DNA from: a virus
Taxonomy: Duplodnaviria; Heunggongvirae; Uroviricota; Caudoviricetes
DNA: 22,955 nucleotides
Virus record (IMG/VR): IMGVR_UViG_2541047790_000011
Strand: one strand, 5' to 3'
Below, one piece after another: positions 21,976 to 22,955 of the stretch. The notes beneath the pieces were generated by a model. That model was not told the origin of the DNA and searched no databases. It was given only the letters and a program-made list of their open reading frames with translations. Each line of letters opens with the position of its first letter. The first letter of the stretch is position 1. A program made the position numbers and the translations under genes.

Positions 21976-22955
21976 GGCTTTGTTGAATAAATCAGATTTC
22001 GGGTAAGTCTCCCCCGTAGCGGGTTGTGTTTTCAGGCAATACGCACGCTTTCAGGCATACCTGCTTTCGTCATTTTGTTCAGCGCTCGTACCAGGGCCAT
22101 AGCCTCTGCAACCTGACCATCGTAGTCACGCAGTGTCAGTGAACCTCCGAACAGCTGTTTTACCCGGTACATCGCCGTTTCCGCTATCGAGCGACGGTTA
22201 TAATCTGTTGTCCATTTCCACCGCGCATTACTCCCGGTCAGCCGCTGATTCGCAACAGCACGGTTACGGTCTGCATATTCACCGGGCCAGTAACCCGCGC
22301 CTTTTCGGGGCGGGATAAGCGCGCTGATTTTCTTACGCCGCAGTTCATCGTGACAGAGCCGGGTGTCGTAAGCGCCGTCTGCCGATGCTGCCCTGATTTT
22401 TCTGTGAGTCTGCCGGATAAGACCCGGGAAGGCTTCTGAGTCCGTCACATTGTTCAGCGACAGGTCTGCACAGATGATTTCATGTGTTTTGCTGTCAACT
22501 GCCAGATGCAACTTTCGCCATATACGACGGCGTTCTTTGCCGTGTTTTTTGACTTTCCATTCGCCTTCACCAAAGACCTTCAGCCCGGTGGAATCAATCA
22601 CCAGATGCGCGATTTCACCTCGGGTGAACGTTTTGAAACTGACATTAACCGACTTTGCGCGCTTGCTGACACTGGTGTAATCCGGGCAGCGCAACGGAAC
22701 ATTCATCAGTGTAAAAATGGAATCAATAAAACCCTGTGCAGCCCGCAGGGTCAACCTGAACACGCGTTTAATGACCAGAACGGTGGTGATGGCGAGATCA
22801 GAATAGCGCTGAGGTCTTCCCCGTGATGAAGGCGTTGCCGACTCATACCAGGCCTGAATAGCTTCATCATCCAGCCAGAAAGTTATGGAGCCACGGTTGA
22901 TGAGGGCTTTATTGTAGGTGGGCCAGTTGGTGATTTTGAACTTTTGCTTTGCCAC
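21976..22955 (-). mobile_element. IS903/IS102-family insertion sequence (IS5 family), partial; it runs off the window end
   Basis: The terminal inverted repeat GGCTTTGTTGAATAAATC is at 21976-21993. The internal sequence and transposase are recognisably IS903-like. The far inverted repeat, about 80 bp beyond the window, is not visible. Confidence 0.92.
22032..22955 (-). CDS. IS903/IS102 transposase (DDE, 307 aa, GTG start at the window edge)
   Basis: The translation 'MAKQKFKITNWPTYNKALINRGSITFWLDDEAIQAWYESATPSSRGRPQRYSDLAITTVL...' is near-identical, from memory, to the IS903 transposase. Confidence 0.95.
   Translation of the reverse strand: MAKQKFKITNWPTYNKALINRGSITFWLDDEAIQAWYESATPSSRGRPQRYSDLAITTVLVIKRVFRLTLRAAQGFIDSIFTLMNVPLRCPDYTSVSKRAKSVNVSFKTFTRGEIAHLVIDSTGLKVFGEGEWKVKKHGKERRRIWRKLHLAVDSKTHEIICADLSLNNVTDSEAFPGLIRQTHRKIRAASADGAYDTRLCHDELRRKKISALIPPRKGAGYWPGEYADRNRAVANQRLTGSNARWKWTTDYNRRSIAETAMYRVKQLFGGSLTLRDYDGQVAEAMALVRALNKMTKAGMPESVRIA

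Overview
Escherichia coli-type chromosomal window with three parts. (1) Bases 1 to about 14.2 kb are a compact integrase-bearing island. It carries a P4-type int, alpA, a divergent RHH switch, a primase/helicase followed by an iteron origin, ssb, and one AT-rich opposite-strand cargo gene. It then has a complete HK97-type head and cos-packaging module (major capsid, prohead protease, portal, gp6-like connector, HNH, TerS, TerL). I see no tail, lysis or CI/Cro genes. This is the architecture of a capsid-forming, tail-borrowing phage satellite (cf-PICI-like). (2) Bases 14.4-17.5 kb are core genes: clpS, clpA, a minimal orphan type I-F CRISPR array (2 repeats, 1 spacer), and tRNA-Ser(GGA) serW with its promoter and terminator. 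(3) Bases 17.6-22.0 kb are a second, lower-GC accessory segment where K-12 has infA. It holds a minus-strand operon (Mor-like regulator, phage head protease-like protein, coiled-coil protein), two small unknown genes and a divergent Arc/CopG-like RHH gene. Directly after the RHH gene lies an ORF-free stretch of about 840 bp with at least 16 sequence-variable but perfect or near-perfect palindromes, centred on AGCGCT or AACGTT. I cannot assign this array to any known feature class. A downstream gene is truncated by an IS903/IS102-family element that runs off the window end. All functional calls rest on reading the translations and the DNA by eye; no database search was run.
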